36,263 nt of DNA from Pseudomonadota bacterium (GTDB lineage Bacteria > UBA10199 > 2-02-FULL-44-16 > JBDRGF01): contig JBDRGF010000125.1 in NCBI GenBank assembly GCA_043818055.1, positions 1-36,263 on the forward strand, read 5' to 3'. The notes under the pieces were generated by a model. That model ran no database searches. It saw nothing but the letters and a program-made list of their open reading frames with translations, and was not told the DNA's origin. Positions 19,338 to 29,596 of this stretch are shown in pieces. Positions within the stretch are counted from its first letter, which is position 1, and every line of letters starts with the position of its first letter. The position numbers and the translations under genes are program-made.

Positions 19338-21851
19338 TTATTTTTTCTTTTTTTGTTTTGATTTTTTGGAAGGGGATTTTTTTGCATCTGGTTTCGTTTC
19401 GGCCTTTTTTGCAAAGGCGATGAGAGTGTTGTTCATCTCATCCAGACGCTCTCTCACCTTATGAAAGATGCTGCCGGGTGTGAAATTACCGCCTTTAAGA
19501 GCCTTTCCAGCAGGTAAGCCGGTAAGAATTTCTATTCCCTCCTCAACCGTGCTCATGGCGTAGATATGAAATTTTTTCTTTTTCACGGCCTCCACGACCT
19601 CTTTTTTGAGCATCAGATGTTGCTTGTTTTGAATCGGAATAACAACTCCCTGCTTTCCTGTGAGCCCCTTCGCTTTACAGACATCGAAGAAACCTTCGAT
19701 CTTGTCATTCACCCCTCCAATAGGCTGAATCTCTCCAAACTGATTTATGGAGCCTGTCACAGCAAATCCCTGATCGATAGGAACGTTGGAAAGTGACGAT
19801 AGGATCGAAAAGAGCTCGGCTGCTGAAGCGGAATCTCCATCCACGCCACCATAGGATTGTTCAAAACAAAGAGATGCGGATAGATTTAGCGGTGCGAATT
19901 GCGCAAACTTATGCAAAAAATATCCGGTCAGTATTAAAATACCTTTATCATATGTGGAGCCGGAGAGCTTAGCCTCTCGTTCAATATTAATAACTCCCGA
20001 TTTTCCAAGAGATGTGATCGCCGTAATGCGATTCGGTTTTCCAAACGAGGTGTGGCCCAAAGAATAGACAGCCAAACCATTGAGCTGACCAACTCGTTTG
20101 CCGGAAACCGTTATGAGCATTACACCTTCATCAATGCTTCTTTGCAGGTTATCCTGCAAAAGCGAATGGCGCTTATGACGATTTGCGAGTGCAAGCTCAA
20201 CGTGTTCTTTGGTGATCTTTTGAGCACGTTTGCTGTTGGCGATATTGTTCGCCTCTCTCAATGCGTCGATGATATAAGAAAATCTCGTCGATATCCTGTT
20301 TCGATGGCCGGCATCTTCAACGCCATATTCGAGCATCGCAGCTAATGCGCTCTTATCGAGTTTTTTGAAACCGCCACGCTCTGCAACGGCTCCCAGCACT
20401 GCAGCGTATTGCTTGACGCTGTTCTTATCCATCTTCATTGCAGAATCAAAATCTGAGAGGATTTTGAAAATCTTTGGAAAGTCCTCATCATAATTCCAGA
20501 GGAGGTGATAGAGCCATTTGGGTCCTATCATTATAACTTTTACGCTGAGATCGATAGGCTCTGGATTCAATGTCAGTGGAGCAAATTGAAAATAAGATTC
20601 AGGCTGTTGAATGACCAGCTTTTCAGATTTTAAAACTTTCTTGAGCTGATCCCAAACGAGCGGGCGTCTTAAAATATCCATGGCGTTGACTATTAGATAA
20701 CCCCCATCGGCCTTTAAGAGTGACCCTGCTTTGATATATCTAAAATCTGTGCTCCAGGAGCCTCCTTGACCAAAATTATATTCGAGAGCTCCGAAGATGT
20801 TGAGGTAGCTAGGGTTCTGCTCTTCAACTATTATGCTCTTATCATCAGATCCTGTTTCGCTCTGATCGATCAGTAAATTGACTTCGTAAATCCAAAGAGG
20901 ACTCTCTTTACGTGGCTGCGGCCCTGCCAGCATCAACAATCCCTCCTGTTTGCTGGCCTTTTTTTCAACGAAGTTGTCCAAATTTTTAAGTATATCTGAT
21001 TTCACCCGCAAGAGATATTTTCTGACCTTGCCCTCTTTGTATCTATCGAGCAAATCTTCCATGAGACCGTCGACGATGATGGCAGCGCTTCTCTCTTTTA
21101 GGCGCTCCAATGCTTTGTGCATATCTTTACCCAGCCCTCGCGCTTTTGTGATCACCTTTTTGAGCTCATCTATAAGGAGCTTATGCCTCCTCTTTTTCTT
21201 TTGATATTCCTCTTTGCTGATTTTGCCCTCGTCCACAAGCTTTTCGAGATAATCTATGGAGACTGCCTCTTCACCAACGATTGGAAATACAGTTGGTGTA
21301 GCAAGCCCTCCCCCCTCCTGAATTTGAATTAACGCAAAACCTTCCTTTTTAAGTTTTTCGGCAAATTCTTCAAAGATCTTCTTCTCCTGTCTCTGATATC
21401 TCTCGATGATGAGTTCTCTCTCTTTTCCCACGGCTTGTGATTCGAGTGTTTTTGAGACCTCCGCTTGCAACATCTTGATCAGCTCCTTCATATCGTCCCG
21501 AAATATTTTTCCCTGGCCCTTCGGAAAGGTTAGAAGGACAGGGGCTGAAGAATCCACAAAATTATAGACGTAACAGCGGTCAGGGGGTGGTTCTTTTTGC
21601 GAAGGTATCTGTTCAAGGGTTCTTCTGACGGTCGCCATCCTTCCCGTTCCGATGACGCCGGCGACATAGATGTTAAATCCCGGATAAGAAAGGCCTAGCC
21701 CGGTTGTCAGGGCTTCCAGCCCCCTTGACTGTCCGACGATAGCCTGGGTAGTAGGCAGATCCTCCTTGAAAAAACTTAAGTATTTTTTATCGCATTCCCA
21801 CCTGAGCTCCGAAACTTTGACTTTTCTTGCTTCAACATTTACCTTGGTCAT
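19338..21851 (-). CDS. Lon-like (LonC/AAA_32) S16 serine protease
   Basis: IVGQ.R, degenerate P-loop GVIGTGR, long coiled-coil insertion, GSLLKADGGYL, catalytic Ser in DGDSAS and Lys in IGGVNDKIEGF. Confidence 0.9.
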   Translation of the reverse strand: MTKVNVEARKVKVSELRWECDKKYLSFFKEDLPTTQAIVGQSRGLEALTTGLGLSYPGFNIYVAGVIGTGRMATVRRTLEQIPSQKEPPPDRCYVYNFVDSSAPVLLTFPKGQGKIFRDDMKELIKMLQAEVSKTLESQAVGKERELIIERYQRQEKKIFEEFAEKLKKEGFALIQIQEGGGLATPTVFPIVGEEAVSIDYLEKLVDEGKISKEEYQKKKRRHKLLIDELKKVITKARGLGKDMHKALERLKERSAAIIVDGLMEDLLDRYKEGKVRKYLLRVKSDILKNLDNFVEKKASKQEGLLMLAGPQPRKESPLWIYEVNLLIDQSETGSDDKSIIVEEQNPSYLNIFGALEYNFGQGGSWSTDFRYIKAGSLLKADGGYLIVNAMDILRRPLVWDQLKKVLKSEKLVIQQPESYFQFAPLTLNPEPIDLSVKVIMIGPKWLYHLLWNYDEDFPKIFKILSDFDSAMKMDKNSVKQYAAVLGAVAERGGFKKLDKSALAAMLEYGVEDAGHRNRISTRFSYIIDALREANNIANSKRAQKITKEHVELALANRHKRHSLLQDNLQRSIDEGVMLITVSGKRVGQLNGLAVYSLGHTSFGKPNRITAITSLGKSGVINIEREAKLSGSTYDKGILILTGYFLHKFAQFAPLNLSASLCFEQSYGGVDGDSASAAELFSILSSLSNVPIDQGFAVTGSINQFGEIQPIGGVNDKIEGFFDVCKAKGLTGKQGVVIPIQNKQHLMLKKEVVEAVKKKKFHIYAMSTVEEGIEILTGLPAGKALKGGNFTPGSIFHKVRERLDEMNNTLIAFAKKAETKPDAKKSPSKKSKQKKKK

Positions 21852-21935
21852 TGATATTTCCTCCTTGTTAGTCGTACATAGTAGCTTACTGATGTCATTC
21901 TAGCAATAAAAAGAAGTGAGGATGTAGCAGATTGC

Positions 21936-22024
21936 AAGAATTAAGGATTAAGTGATAAGAATTAAGCTAAGAACAGTCTTTTTTAAAATTTTACTTAATC
22001 CTTATAACTTAATTCTTAGTACTT
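21936..22024. repeat. Inverted heptamer tandem-repeat hairpin element (AAGRATT unit)
   Basis: aagaatt aaggatt aagtgat aagaatt ... aatcctt ataactt aattctt agtactt. Confidence 0.8.
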
Positions 22025-22033
22025 ACTTACATT

Positions 22034-23179
22034 ATGGAAATAATATCTTCAACATTATGTGAATCGTATGATCTTGAAGTATTGCAGGAAAAAATTCTGC
22101 ATGCGATCGAGTTCTCTGGATTCGATTTATCAGCGGTCAAGGGAAAGAGAGTTCTTCTTAAACCCAATCTCCTCGGGGCGTATCCTCCGTCAAGAGCCGT
22201 AACAACTCATCCGCGGATTGTCGAAGCGGTTATAAATATATTCAAGCAAAGAGGGGCAATTGTCTCTGTCGGAGATTCTCCGGGATATGCTCACAAGACT
22301 GAGGATGTGCTTAAAACAACCGGAATCGGCGATGTCTGTGCGAAGAGCGATGTCCCTTTTATCATCCTTCAAAAACAGGGAGCTAAACATGTCGAAGGGC
22401 TGCTAATAGCAAATGACTTCTTCAATTTCGATTATGTGATCAACCTTCCAAAGTTAAAAACACATTCTCTCACATTATTGACCTGCGCGGTGAAAAACCT
22501 CTTCGGATGCGTTCCCGGCATGCAAAAGGTTGTCTATCACCGCCAATATCAGGACAAGATGAAATTTTCAGAGATGCTGGTAAAAATTTCGCAGATCGTA
22601 AAGACTGATCTCACAATCGTAGATGCTGTTGAGATCATGGATGGCGATGGCCCTTCCGCAGGAACTAAAAAACATCTAGGTGCTGTGTTTGTCGGTAAAA
22701 ACATCCATGCTGTTGATTCCTTTGTCGCAAAGTTGATGGGGATCGAGGCGAAGGATGTCCCCTCCCTTGTCATCGCAGACAGGATGGGAATCTGGAAGCA
22801 CTCGAGCGAGATTGAAATCAGGGGAGAACTGCCAGATATCAAAGGCAAATCATTCTCAATTCCCAAAACATTTACAACGGGCCTCATCGATCGCTGGATA
22901 GTCAACGCCATTTTGAGCAAGATATGGTCTAATTTAAAGCTCACTCCCACAATCAACAACGACAAGTGCGAGCGGTGCGGAATATGCGTGAAGAGCTGTC
23001 CTGTCGGTGCGATCATATGGAAAGATGTTGAACTTTTTCCGGTAATCGATAAGAAGAGGTGCGTTGAATGTAGCTGCTGTCACGAACTTTGCCCGGTCAA
23101 GGCGGTAGAACTGACTCAGAGCCTACTCATGAAGATAGGAAGAAGGCTTGGAAGAATGAACGCAAAAGAGGAATCATGA
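22034..23179 (+). CDS. DUF362 protein with C-terminal 2x[4Fe-4S] ferredoxin domain
   Basis: VLLKPN, TTHP, GDSPG, INLPKLKTH, KNLFGC; CERCGICVKSCP and CVECSCCHELCP. Confidence 0.9.
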   Translation: MEIISSTLCESYDLEVLQEKILHAIEFSGFDLSAVKGKRVLLKPNLLGAYPPSRAVTTHPRIVEAVINIFKQRGAIVSVGDSPGYAHKTEDVLKTTGIGDVCAKSDVPFIILQKQGAKHVEGLLIANDFFNFDYVINLPKLKTHSLTLLTCAVKNLFGCVPGMQKVVYHRQYQDKMKFSEMLVKISQIVKTDLTIVDAVEIMDGDGPSAGTKKHLGAVFVGKNIHAVDSFVAKLMGIEAKDVPSLVIADRMGIWKHSSEIEIRGELPDIKGKSFSIPKTFTTGLIDRWIVNAILSKIWSNLKLTPTINNDKCERCGICVKSCPVGAIIWKDVELFPVIDKKRCVECSCCHELCPVKAVELTQSLLMKIGRRLGRMNAKEES

Positions 23180-23688
23180 AGGATTCATATGCCAAAGCAA
23201 TTGTCGCCATATTGACAAATGATCAAAATCTCATCGATGAAGTTTGCGATAAGCTATCGAAGGAATTTGGTCGCATTGAATTTTCCAGCAACAGATATCC
23301 CTTTACACACACGAATTATTACAAGGAGGAGATGGGAAAGGATTTATTCAGATTCTTTGTCGCGTTTGAAGAGCTCTATGACGCCTCAAATGCCGCGGAA
23401 TTAAAAATCAGAACTAGCAAAATTGAAGATGAATTTCGGGTTGATGGCAAGCGAAGGGTTAATCTCGATGGCGGATATATCGATGCGAATAAGCTGGTTC
23501 TGATCACAGGCAAACATGGTGGCCATAAAATTTCACTCGCAGATGGAATTTGGGCGGACATGCTACTCTGGTACAATAAAGGATGGCAGCCCCTTCCATG
23601 GGCCTTTCCAGATTTTCGTTGTGACGTTTATTATAAAGAATTTACAGCGATCAGAAGATTGTTTAAGAAGAGCTGTAAGTTTTTGTAG
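23176..23688 (+). CDS. DUF4416 family protein
   Basis: F.HTNYYKEEMG..L, R.VNLD.GY, PW.FPD motifs. The ATG at 23176 overlaps the upstream stop (ATGA) and is preferred to 23089. Confidence 0.8.
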   Translation: MKDSYAKAIVAILTNDQNLIDEVCDKLSKEFGRIEFSSNRYPFTHTNYYKEEMGKDLFRFFVAFEELYDASNAAELKIRTSKIEDEFRVDGKRRVNLDGGYIDANKLVLITGKHGGHKISLADGIWADMLLWYNKGWQPLPWAFPDFRCDVYYKEFTAIRRLFKKSCKFL

Positions 23689-23768
23689 GGGCGGACCCAT
23701 GTGCTGCGCCCCGTCGCATGACTGGGGTCCGCCCACGAAAAAGGGTCGACACATGGGTCGACCCCTAC
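23685..23768. repeat. Inverted pair of GTAG-type REPs (REPIN/BIME-like) with a 24-nt insertion in the first unit
   Basis: GTAGGGGCGGACCCATGTG[insert]TCCGCCC and reverse-strand GTAGGGGTCGACCCATGTGTCGACCC, between convergent genes. Confidence 0.8.
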
Positions 23769-23770
23769 AA

Positions 23771-25087
23771 TTATTGTATCTTCGCCTCTCCCTCTGGAGT
23801 CAGATCGATATTCTTCGTCAAAAATGGGGCCGTGAGTGAATTCGATGTAGCGAGCTCAACCGGCGTATTGCTGAACGGTTTTGGACACGCAAGTCCATCA
23901 GTGCGTTGATAGAGTTTAAGTGTGACGGCACCAAAACCAAAGAGCACCTTTTGTCCATCGAGCGCTGCTAACGAAGCGTTCAGATTGTACGTCCCCGGTG
24001 CGTTTATATTGCCTAAGTTCTGATCAGCGCCGGCACAGGCGACGGAATATCCGCCGTTAGAATTTACGAAATGCACTTCGATGGTTCCACCAATCGATGG
24101 AGTCGCGTTGTGTTTTAGATATGTAAGTTTCGAAGCGGTGAGCTCTCCTAAGCGCACCTTACCGTCTGGCAGCGAGAATGCCTGGGTGACGATGGAAGCG
24201 AAGGTTAAATATGCATCCAGATCATCGAATTCGATACGCCCTCCGATCAGGTCGCCGATTTTTTTGCTTTCAGTCTCGGCAATCTTCTCCGGTCCATCCT
24301 CCGTCTCCTGCCACAGGCTGAACGATACGAGGATATCGTTGAAGCCTGCTACAGCAGGATCGATGCATTTTGTTGAAAATGTGAGACCCAGCGCCGCATA
24401 GAGCATTCCCGCGTATTGGACCGCGCCCATCCCTTCGATCTTGTCAGAACAATCGTTGTCATCGCGATGTATATATAGATAGTAGGTCTTTTTCGTCTCC
24501 CTATCCCCATCGAAATAGAGCTTGTCGATGAAGAGGTTTTCCGAAGTCGCAGGCTCCATATTGTTTACATTAGTCGTCGATTGATCCGACTCCTGCTGCA
24601 ACAGCGCTGCCGCTTTGCCATTTGTAGCCCATATGAGTTTGCCTAGCAGCGCATCAAAGCTTAACTTTTCGGAGACTCCGATGATGTCGTCATCCGGCGC
24701 TATTCCAGAGGGGCAATCATCTGTCCCATCCTTCTCGACGAAGACGAGTTGAAACTCGAGGGTCTTGTTGGGGTGATCTCCATCCACCTCCTGAAAATAG
24801 ATTTCAAGATTGGCAAAGAAGATACCGGCCTCCGTGAGTCTTATCATCCCATGTTGTGAACCGACACAGGCTAAGTCTTTTCCCGTATTCACATCTCTTA
24901 AGTAGATGGCAAATTGTCCCTTGCCGCTATAATCGTCATCCAGCCCGCCGTTGGCATAGAATTGTTTTACAAGAAGTGCCTGAAGCTCACCGATATCGAG
25001 GTCGGGGCCGGAAAGGGTTGAAGACTTCCCCCCTCCGCACGATGAAATAAGCACGCAATATATTGTTATTAAAAGATATTTTCTCAT
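23771..25087 (-). CDS. Hypothetical lipoprotein with three internal beta-rich repeats
   Basis: MRKYLLITIYCVLISS-C lipoprotein-type signal (start at 25087 after a GGGGGA RBS); repeated ACxG...G and L..Y/F....DG...CP motifs. Confidence 0.7.
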   Translation of the reverse strand: MRKYLLITIYCVLISSCGGGKSSTLSGPDLDIGELQALLVKQFYANGGLDDDYSGKGQFAIYLRDVNTGKDLACVGSQHGMIRLTEAGIFFANLEIYFQEVDGDHPNKTLEFQLVFVEKDGTDDCPSGIAPDDDIIGVSEKLSFDALLGKLIWATNGKAAALLQQESDQSTTNVNNMEPATSENLFIDKLYFDGDRETKKTYYLYIHRDDNDCSDKIEGMGAVQYAGMLYAALGLTFSTKCIDPAVAGFNDILVSFSLWQETEDGPEKIAETESKKIGDLIGGRIEFDDLDAYLTFASIVTQAFSLPDGKVRLGELTASKLTYLKHNATPSIGGTIEVHFVNSNGGYSVACAGADQNLGNINAPGTYNLNASLAALDGQKVLFGFGAVTLKLYQRTDGLACPKPFSNTPVELATSNSLTAPFLTKNIDLTPEGEAKIQ

Positions 25088-25108
25088 CAAATCCCCCTTC
25101 ACAAGATA

Positions 25109-25180
25109 AGGTTGTTTAGGCTGAAGGTGTTTAGGTTGTTAGGAAAAGCGAGAATCAAAAGCCTATTAACCTAAACACCT
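25109..25180. repeat. Degenerate inverted tandem-repeat hairpin (AGGTGTTT-like unit)
   Basis: aggttgttt aggctga aggtgttt aggttgtt agg ... cctattaa cctaaaca cct. Confidence 0.6.
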
Positions 25181-25224
25181 GTTTTCTGTTTATATCACAT
25201 GGGAAGCTCAAGTAACAAATGATT

Positions 25225-27201
25225 TTATGAAGATATCAACTTCTTCTCAAGCTTAGATATCTCGTCCCTGATTTGGGCTGCCTCTTCGAACTCAAGACGC
25301 TTGGCGTGCTCTATCATCTCTTTTCTTAACTTCTTGATCCGGCGCGGAATTTTTTCTGCAGGAATAGTTGTCTCTTCATCAATCTCTGGTGTGACATAAT
25401 CCATCTCGTAAATCGAATGCATGACGTCGCTGATCTTCTTCTTGATCGTCTCTGGGGTGATGCCGTGTTTCTTATTGTAAGCTTTTTGGATTGTTCTTCT
25501 TCTTTCAGTCTCTCCGATCGCCTGTTTCATTGAATCGGTCATCTTATCTGCATACAGGATGACAGAACCATCGACATTTCGTGCAGCTCTACCAAATGTC
25601 TGGATGAGGGAACGGGCCGACCTTAAAAAACCCTCCTTGTCGGCATCCAAAATTACTACGAGCGACACCTCCGGAAGATCCAGGCCCTCCCTTAAAAGGT
25701 TGATGCCGACCAGAACATCAAAATCTCCTTTGCGAAGTCCCCTGAGAATCTCCATCCTCTCTAACGATTCAACGTCCGAATGAAGATATCTCACCTTGAT
25801 CCCTGAATTTCTTATAAAATTAGCAAGCTCCTCCGACATGCGCTTGGTCAACGTTGTCACCAACACCCGCTCATTCTTTTCAACTCGCGCCCTTATTTCA
25901 CTCAGCAGGTCATCGACCTGCCCCTTTGTCTTTCTCACCTCGACTTTCGGGTCGAGCAGTCCAGTCGGGCGTATCACTTGCTCGACCACCTCGCCATTAG
26001 CATTTTCTAGCTCATACTTTCCTGGAGTTGCCGATACGTATACGGCCTGGCTGATAAATTTTTCAAACTCGTCGAACTTGAGTGGTCTGTTGTCGAGCGC
26101 GGATGGCAGGCGAAAAGCATGCTCGACGAGTGTTGTCTTTCTCGATCTATCCCCCTTGTACATCCCACCGATCTGCGGGATGGTGATGTGACTCTCATCT
26201 ATGAAGATGATAAAATCTTTCGGAAAATATTCGACAAGTGTCGGAGGTGGCTCTCCCGGATTTCTTCCAGTGAGATAGCGGGAGTAATTTTCTATACCCT
26301 TGCAGTATCCCATCTCCTCTATCATCTCGAGGTCGTAGTTGGTGCGCTGAGTGATTCTCACCTCTTCGAGCGCCATGTTGTTTTTTCTATAATGCTGAAT
26401 CCTCTCTCTTAACTCATCCCGAATACCGCTCATCGCGCCCTTCATCCGATCCTGTTCTGTTACAAAATGGGTTCCCGGAAAAAGGTTCATTTCCTCCACC
26501 TCTCGAATCGGCTCACAGGTGAGCGAATCTATCTCTACTATCCTTTCCAGGTCATCACCTAGAAACTCGAGACGAATCGCTTTAGATTCTTCGTAGGTAG
26601 GAAATATATCTATGACGGAACCTTTGACTCTGAAGGTGCCGCGATGGAAGTCGTAATCGTTTCGTTGGTACTGAATCTCGATGAGGTGATTTAAGATTTT
26701 TCCGCGATCGATAGTCTCTCCACGTTTTGTGTGAAGTGCCATGTTGCGATATGCCTCGGGGCTTCCCAAACCGTAGATGCAAGAGACCGAGGCTATTATA
26801 ATAACGTCGCGTCTTGTGAGAAGGGAGTGAGTCGCGCTGTGACGAAGTTTGTCGATTCTCTCATCGATTGCGGAATCCTTCTCTATGAATAGATCCCGAG
26901 CGGGAAGGTATGCCTCCGGCTGATAGTAATCGTAGTAACTTACAAAATATTCAACCGCATTTTCCGGGAAGAGCTCTTTGAATTCTGAATAGAGTTGTGC
27001 GGCGAGTGTTTTATTCGGCGCCATGATCAGAGCGGGTCGATTTAAATTTGCTATTACATGCGCGATCGAAAATGTTTTACCGCTGCCGGTAATTCCCAGG
27101 AGCACCTGCTCGCGCTTTCCTTCCGATATGCCACGCGTGAGTTTTTCGATAGCCTCGGGTTGGTCTCCTTTCGGCTCATATTCGCTTACGAGTTTAAACA
27201 T
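25225..27201 (-). CDS. uvrB: Excinuclease ABC subunit B
   Basis: [43 protein letters not shown]-terminal UVR domain. Confidence 0.99.
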   Translation of the reverse strand: MFKLVSEYEPKGDQPEAIEKLTRGISEGKREQVLLGITGSGKTFSIAHVIANLNRPALIMAPNKTLAAQLYSEFKELFPENAVEYFVSYYDYYQPEAYLPARDLFIEKDSAIDERIDKLRHSATHSLLTRRDVIIIASVSCIYGLGSPEAYRNMALHTKRGETIDRGKILNHLIEIQYQRNDYDFHRGTFRVKGSVIDIFPTYEESKAIRLEFLGDDLERIVEIDSLTCEPIREVEEMNLFPGTHFVTEQDRMKGAMSGIRDELRERIQHYRKNNMALEEVRITQRTNYDLEMIEEMGYCKGIENYSRYLTGRNPGEPPPTLVEYFPKDFIIFIDESHITIPQIGGMYKGDRSRKTTLVEHAFRLPSALDNRPLKFDEFEKFISQAVYVSATPGKYELENANGEVVEQVIRPTGLLDPKVEVRKTKGQVDDLLSEIRARVEKNERVLVTTLTKRMSEELANFIRNSGIKVRYLHSDVESLERMEILRGLRKGDFDVLVGINLLREGLDLPEVSLVVILDADKEGFLRSARSLIQTFGRAARNVDGSVILYADKMTDSMKQAIGETERRRTIQKAYNKKHGITPETIKKKISDVMHSIYEMDYVTPEIDEETTIPAEKIPRRIKKLRKEMIEHAKRLEFEEAAQIRDEISKLEKKLISS

Positions 27202-27272
27202 GGGTAAGGTTTGTATAGGAAAAGATCATCATTGTCCACTTCTGGTCATGATGTAGCCCAGAGAATTATGTC

Positions 27273-27301
27273 TGGACATAGCTGGTCTATGTGCTTATAA
27301 C
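27273..27301 (+). promoter_or_regulatory. Candidate sigma70 promoter for the 27319 ORF
   Basis: TGGACA-17 nt-TATAAC. Confidence 0.35.
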
Positions 27302-27318
27302 GCCCACCATTCAAGCTT

Positions 27319-28095
27319 TTGCGGATAATTATGATTAAGATTGGCCCAAATAAACTACTGTATACATCAGCGCTGATGGATTTAGCTCCTTCAATGCCAT
27401 CTGATAAGTATCTGGAAGCAATGATAGCCGGAGGTTTTGATATCTCTCGGTTGCAAAGGATGGCTGTCTATTCAGAACAACTTGCACAAAGAAATGTTAA
27501 AGGGGCAGATGTAGCATTTAAGAAGTTTAAGAGCATGCTTGCCCAAGAGGGTGGTGTGCCCAATCTGCTTCAAGAATGTACAGCCTCTATTTTGGGTGTT
27601 CATGCGTTTACAGATGGTCGTATCGATGTCGCTGAATCGGTTCAAAAATTAAGTAAAGTTATGATTCAACAGGGTGAGATATTTTTTCACGCCCCACTTT
27701 TGTTGGAAGCTTTTGTTTTGAGTTTGGCAAAAATGGGTGAACAAAGTGATTTGTCGCTTCTCTATGAGGCTGATCTGTGGAGTAGGTATCTATATCAATA
27801 TCGCAGCTCATCTCTCGGTTCCCTTATGTCCCAGTTAGGCCTTCTAACACATTCGGCAGCAAGATATTTTGGATTGTATGATGATGAATCTGTTGTGTCA
27901 CTTTTGCCGCTCTTAATCGATCAGCTGCTGAATAGTATGGTAGACATGCTTGATACGGATAAGAAGTCGACACGAGATAGTAAAATTTGTCACTACCTGA
28001 AGATGCGGGGTTTGATGGTTAATCAGCATTTTGATTGGGTCTATGGATCAGGGCAATCGCATCTAAATTTGGGCAATTTACGGAAATGCCCATAA
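27319..28095 (+). CDS. Hypothetical protein, probably all-alpha; start uncertain
   Basis: 258-codon ORF filling the region divergent from uvrB; no recognised motif. Confidence 0.6.
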   Translation: MRIIMIKIGPNKLLYTSALMDLAPSMPSDKYLEAMIAGGFDISRLQRMAVYSEQLAQRNVKGADVAFKKFKSMLAQEGGVPNLLQECTASILGVHAFTDGRIDVAESVQKLSKVMIQQGEIFFHAPLLLEAFVLSLAKMGEQSDLSLLYEADLWSRYLYQYRSSSLGSLMSQLGLLTHSAARYFGLYDDESVVSLLPLLIDQLLNSMVDMLDTDKKSTRDSKICHYLKMRGLMVNQHFDWVYGSGQSHLNLGNLRKCP

Positions 28096-28113
28096 AACAT
28101 GAATATTGTTTTT

Positions 28114-28175
28114 GTAGGGGAAGGTTTCAAACCTTCCCGAATAATAATACGGGTGGGTTTAAAACCCACCCCTAC
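28114..28175. repeat. Inverted pair of GTAG-type REPs
   Basis: GTAGGGGAAGGTTTCAAACCTTCCCG, then spacer, then reverse-strand GTAGGGGTGGGTTTTAAACCCACCCG. Confidence 0.82.
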
Positions 28176-28198
28176 AACATTCACAGAGCATGTTAAAT

Positions 28199-28307
28199 TA
28201 GACTTCTTTCGTAACGTTAATGATTAGCTCGAGTTTTTGTAGGGGCGAGGTCTCCTCGCCCCTACAATAAAAACAATATGTTACAAAAACGTTACGAAAG
28301 AAGTCTA
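28199..28307. mobile_element. MITE-like element: perfect 20-bp terminal inverted repeats around a REP hairpin
   Basis: tagacttctttcgtaacgtt (28199-28218) and aacgttacgaaagaagtcta (28288-28307); internal ttgtaggggcgagg-tct-cctcgcccctacaa (28237-28267). Confidence 0.7.
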
Positions 28308-28339
28308 TTATTTCAAGTTCAGGCGAGGGGCCGATAACC

Positions 28340-28555
28340 ATGGAATGTTTTTGGTCCAAAGATTTGGAGGTGGCGGATAGATATCGAGATGCCGCATTTA
28401 GTGCATATGAAGAGGCTTTTTCACTCCCTTCAATGTATATCTTTGAATCGGATGTGACGGCACAGATAAAAAGAGATGTGGATCGACTTGGAAAACTCAA
28501 CTTTTGGAGTTTGAGAATAGGGGAGAGGGTAACTAGTTCGTATAGGGTGAATTAA
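28340..28555 (+). CDS. Short hypothetical protein or gene remnant
   Basis: 71-aa ORF immediately after the MITE-like element; weak support. Confidence 0.3.
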   Translation: MECFWSKDLEVADRYRDAAFSAYEEAFSLPSMYIFESDVTAQIKRDVDRLGKLNFWSLRIGERVTSSYRVN

Positions 28556-29555
28556 ATATCTCCTAACCGAATATCTTTAATAGTGAAATAACCTATCTGA
28601 TCAGGATCTGAACCACCCACTAATTTTAGAGTATATATTCCCGGTTTTTCGCCCTTTCGAGGACCATAATTTAATAGAGGTGCGTTTATCTCTCCGATCG
28701 GTTTTGTGAAGGAGAACTGTAATACAACATCTTTATTTTTATGAGCTTCAGATTCATCAAGCTCAGTTCTTAGAAAGGTCATGAGCGCTCTTGATTGTGG
28801 CGCCAAACCAAACTTCTTAGGGGTCGCTTTGAGCGATGTTCTAACTTTTCCACCCGGTTTGATGAGTCCTTTGTATGTTTGTGCGAGCCAAAAATGTAGG
28901 TATTTTTTTAACGTTTCTCTATTTAAAGCTGCGAACCCCTCTTCGTAGATTATTTTTGTCGTTGGATTATTTTCCAATTTTTCAAATAGAGCTTTTTCTA
29001 GGGGGTTGTCAGTAGTTGGTTTGTGAAGTTTGTATGCAATGCACATTGGAGTGCCCGGTGTTGATGAATTTCCGCCAAAGCCTTTGCCAATTTTGTCGCA
29101 GATCTCCCACCATATTCTTTCTGATAATGGAGTTAGATAGCTAATGTTCGGTTCATAAGCAAATGCAAGTAAAGCCCCAGATTCAAGATCTGTTCCCAAT
29201 CGGTTGTTGTATGCGTTCAGCAGTGAGGTTAGCGCCTGTTTGAAATTTCTAGGCTGTGCAAACGGGCCATGCGCTATTCCTTTTTCGAAAAACTCTCGGG
29301 TTTGGGGGGGGGAAGTGAGCTTGGGTCGAGGGATGAGTAAAACCTCAAAAAGCTCTCTGCGGCTCCGAAATCTTCAGGTTTACGAAATAGTCCTGTAACA
29401 AAATCAGGTTCTTTGATTGAAGTGACAAAATGAGCTATGGATTCCTGATCCGTCAGATTTTGGAAATCTGGGTTAAAGCGTTTTATTTTTATCGCAATCT
29501 TTTTTAGGTTTATTGGAAGTTCTCCAAGTCTTGATAGTACGCATTTGTGTAGCAT
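28552..29555 (-). pseudogene. Hypothetical gene of about 334 aa, split by a frameshift at a C9 tract (29304-29312)
   Basis: GGAGG RBS before ATG 29555. The downstream frame is open from 29373 to 28552, across the tract. C10 (or C7) joins ORFs 29274..29555 and 28552..29199. Confidence 0.7.
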
Positions 29556-29596
29556 GTATCCTCCCCAGATGTAGGTTTTATGAGTGTCACGCGTCG

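Noticed and set aside
19137..19361. 74-aa plus-strand Phe-rich ORF
   Set aside because: It is the antisense shadow of the A/G-rich 52-aa minus-strand ORF and the Lon tail; no RBS.
27202..27318. LexA/SOS box upstream of uvrB (near-palindrome tatgtctggacata, 27267-27280)
   Set aside because: It does not match a LexA motif I can name, and I saw no second copy in the window.
28198..28500. 100-aa minus-strand ORF
   Set aside because: It runs through the REP/MITE-like element, overlaps the plus-strand ORF and has no recognisable motif.
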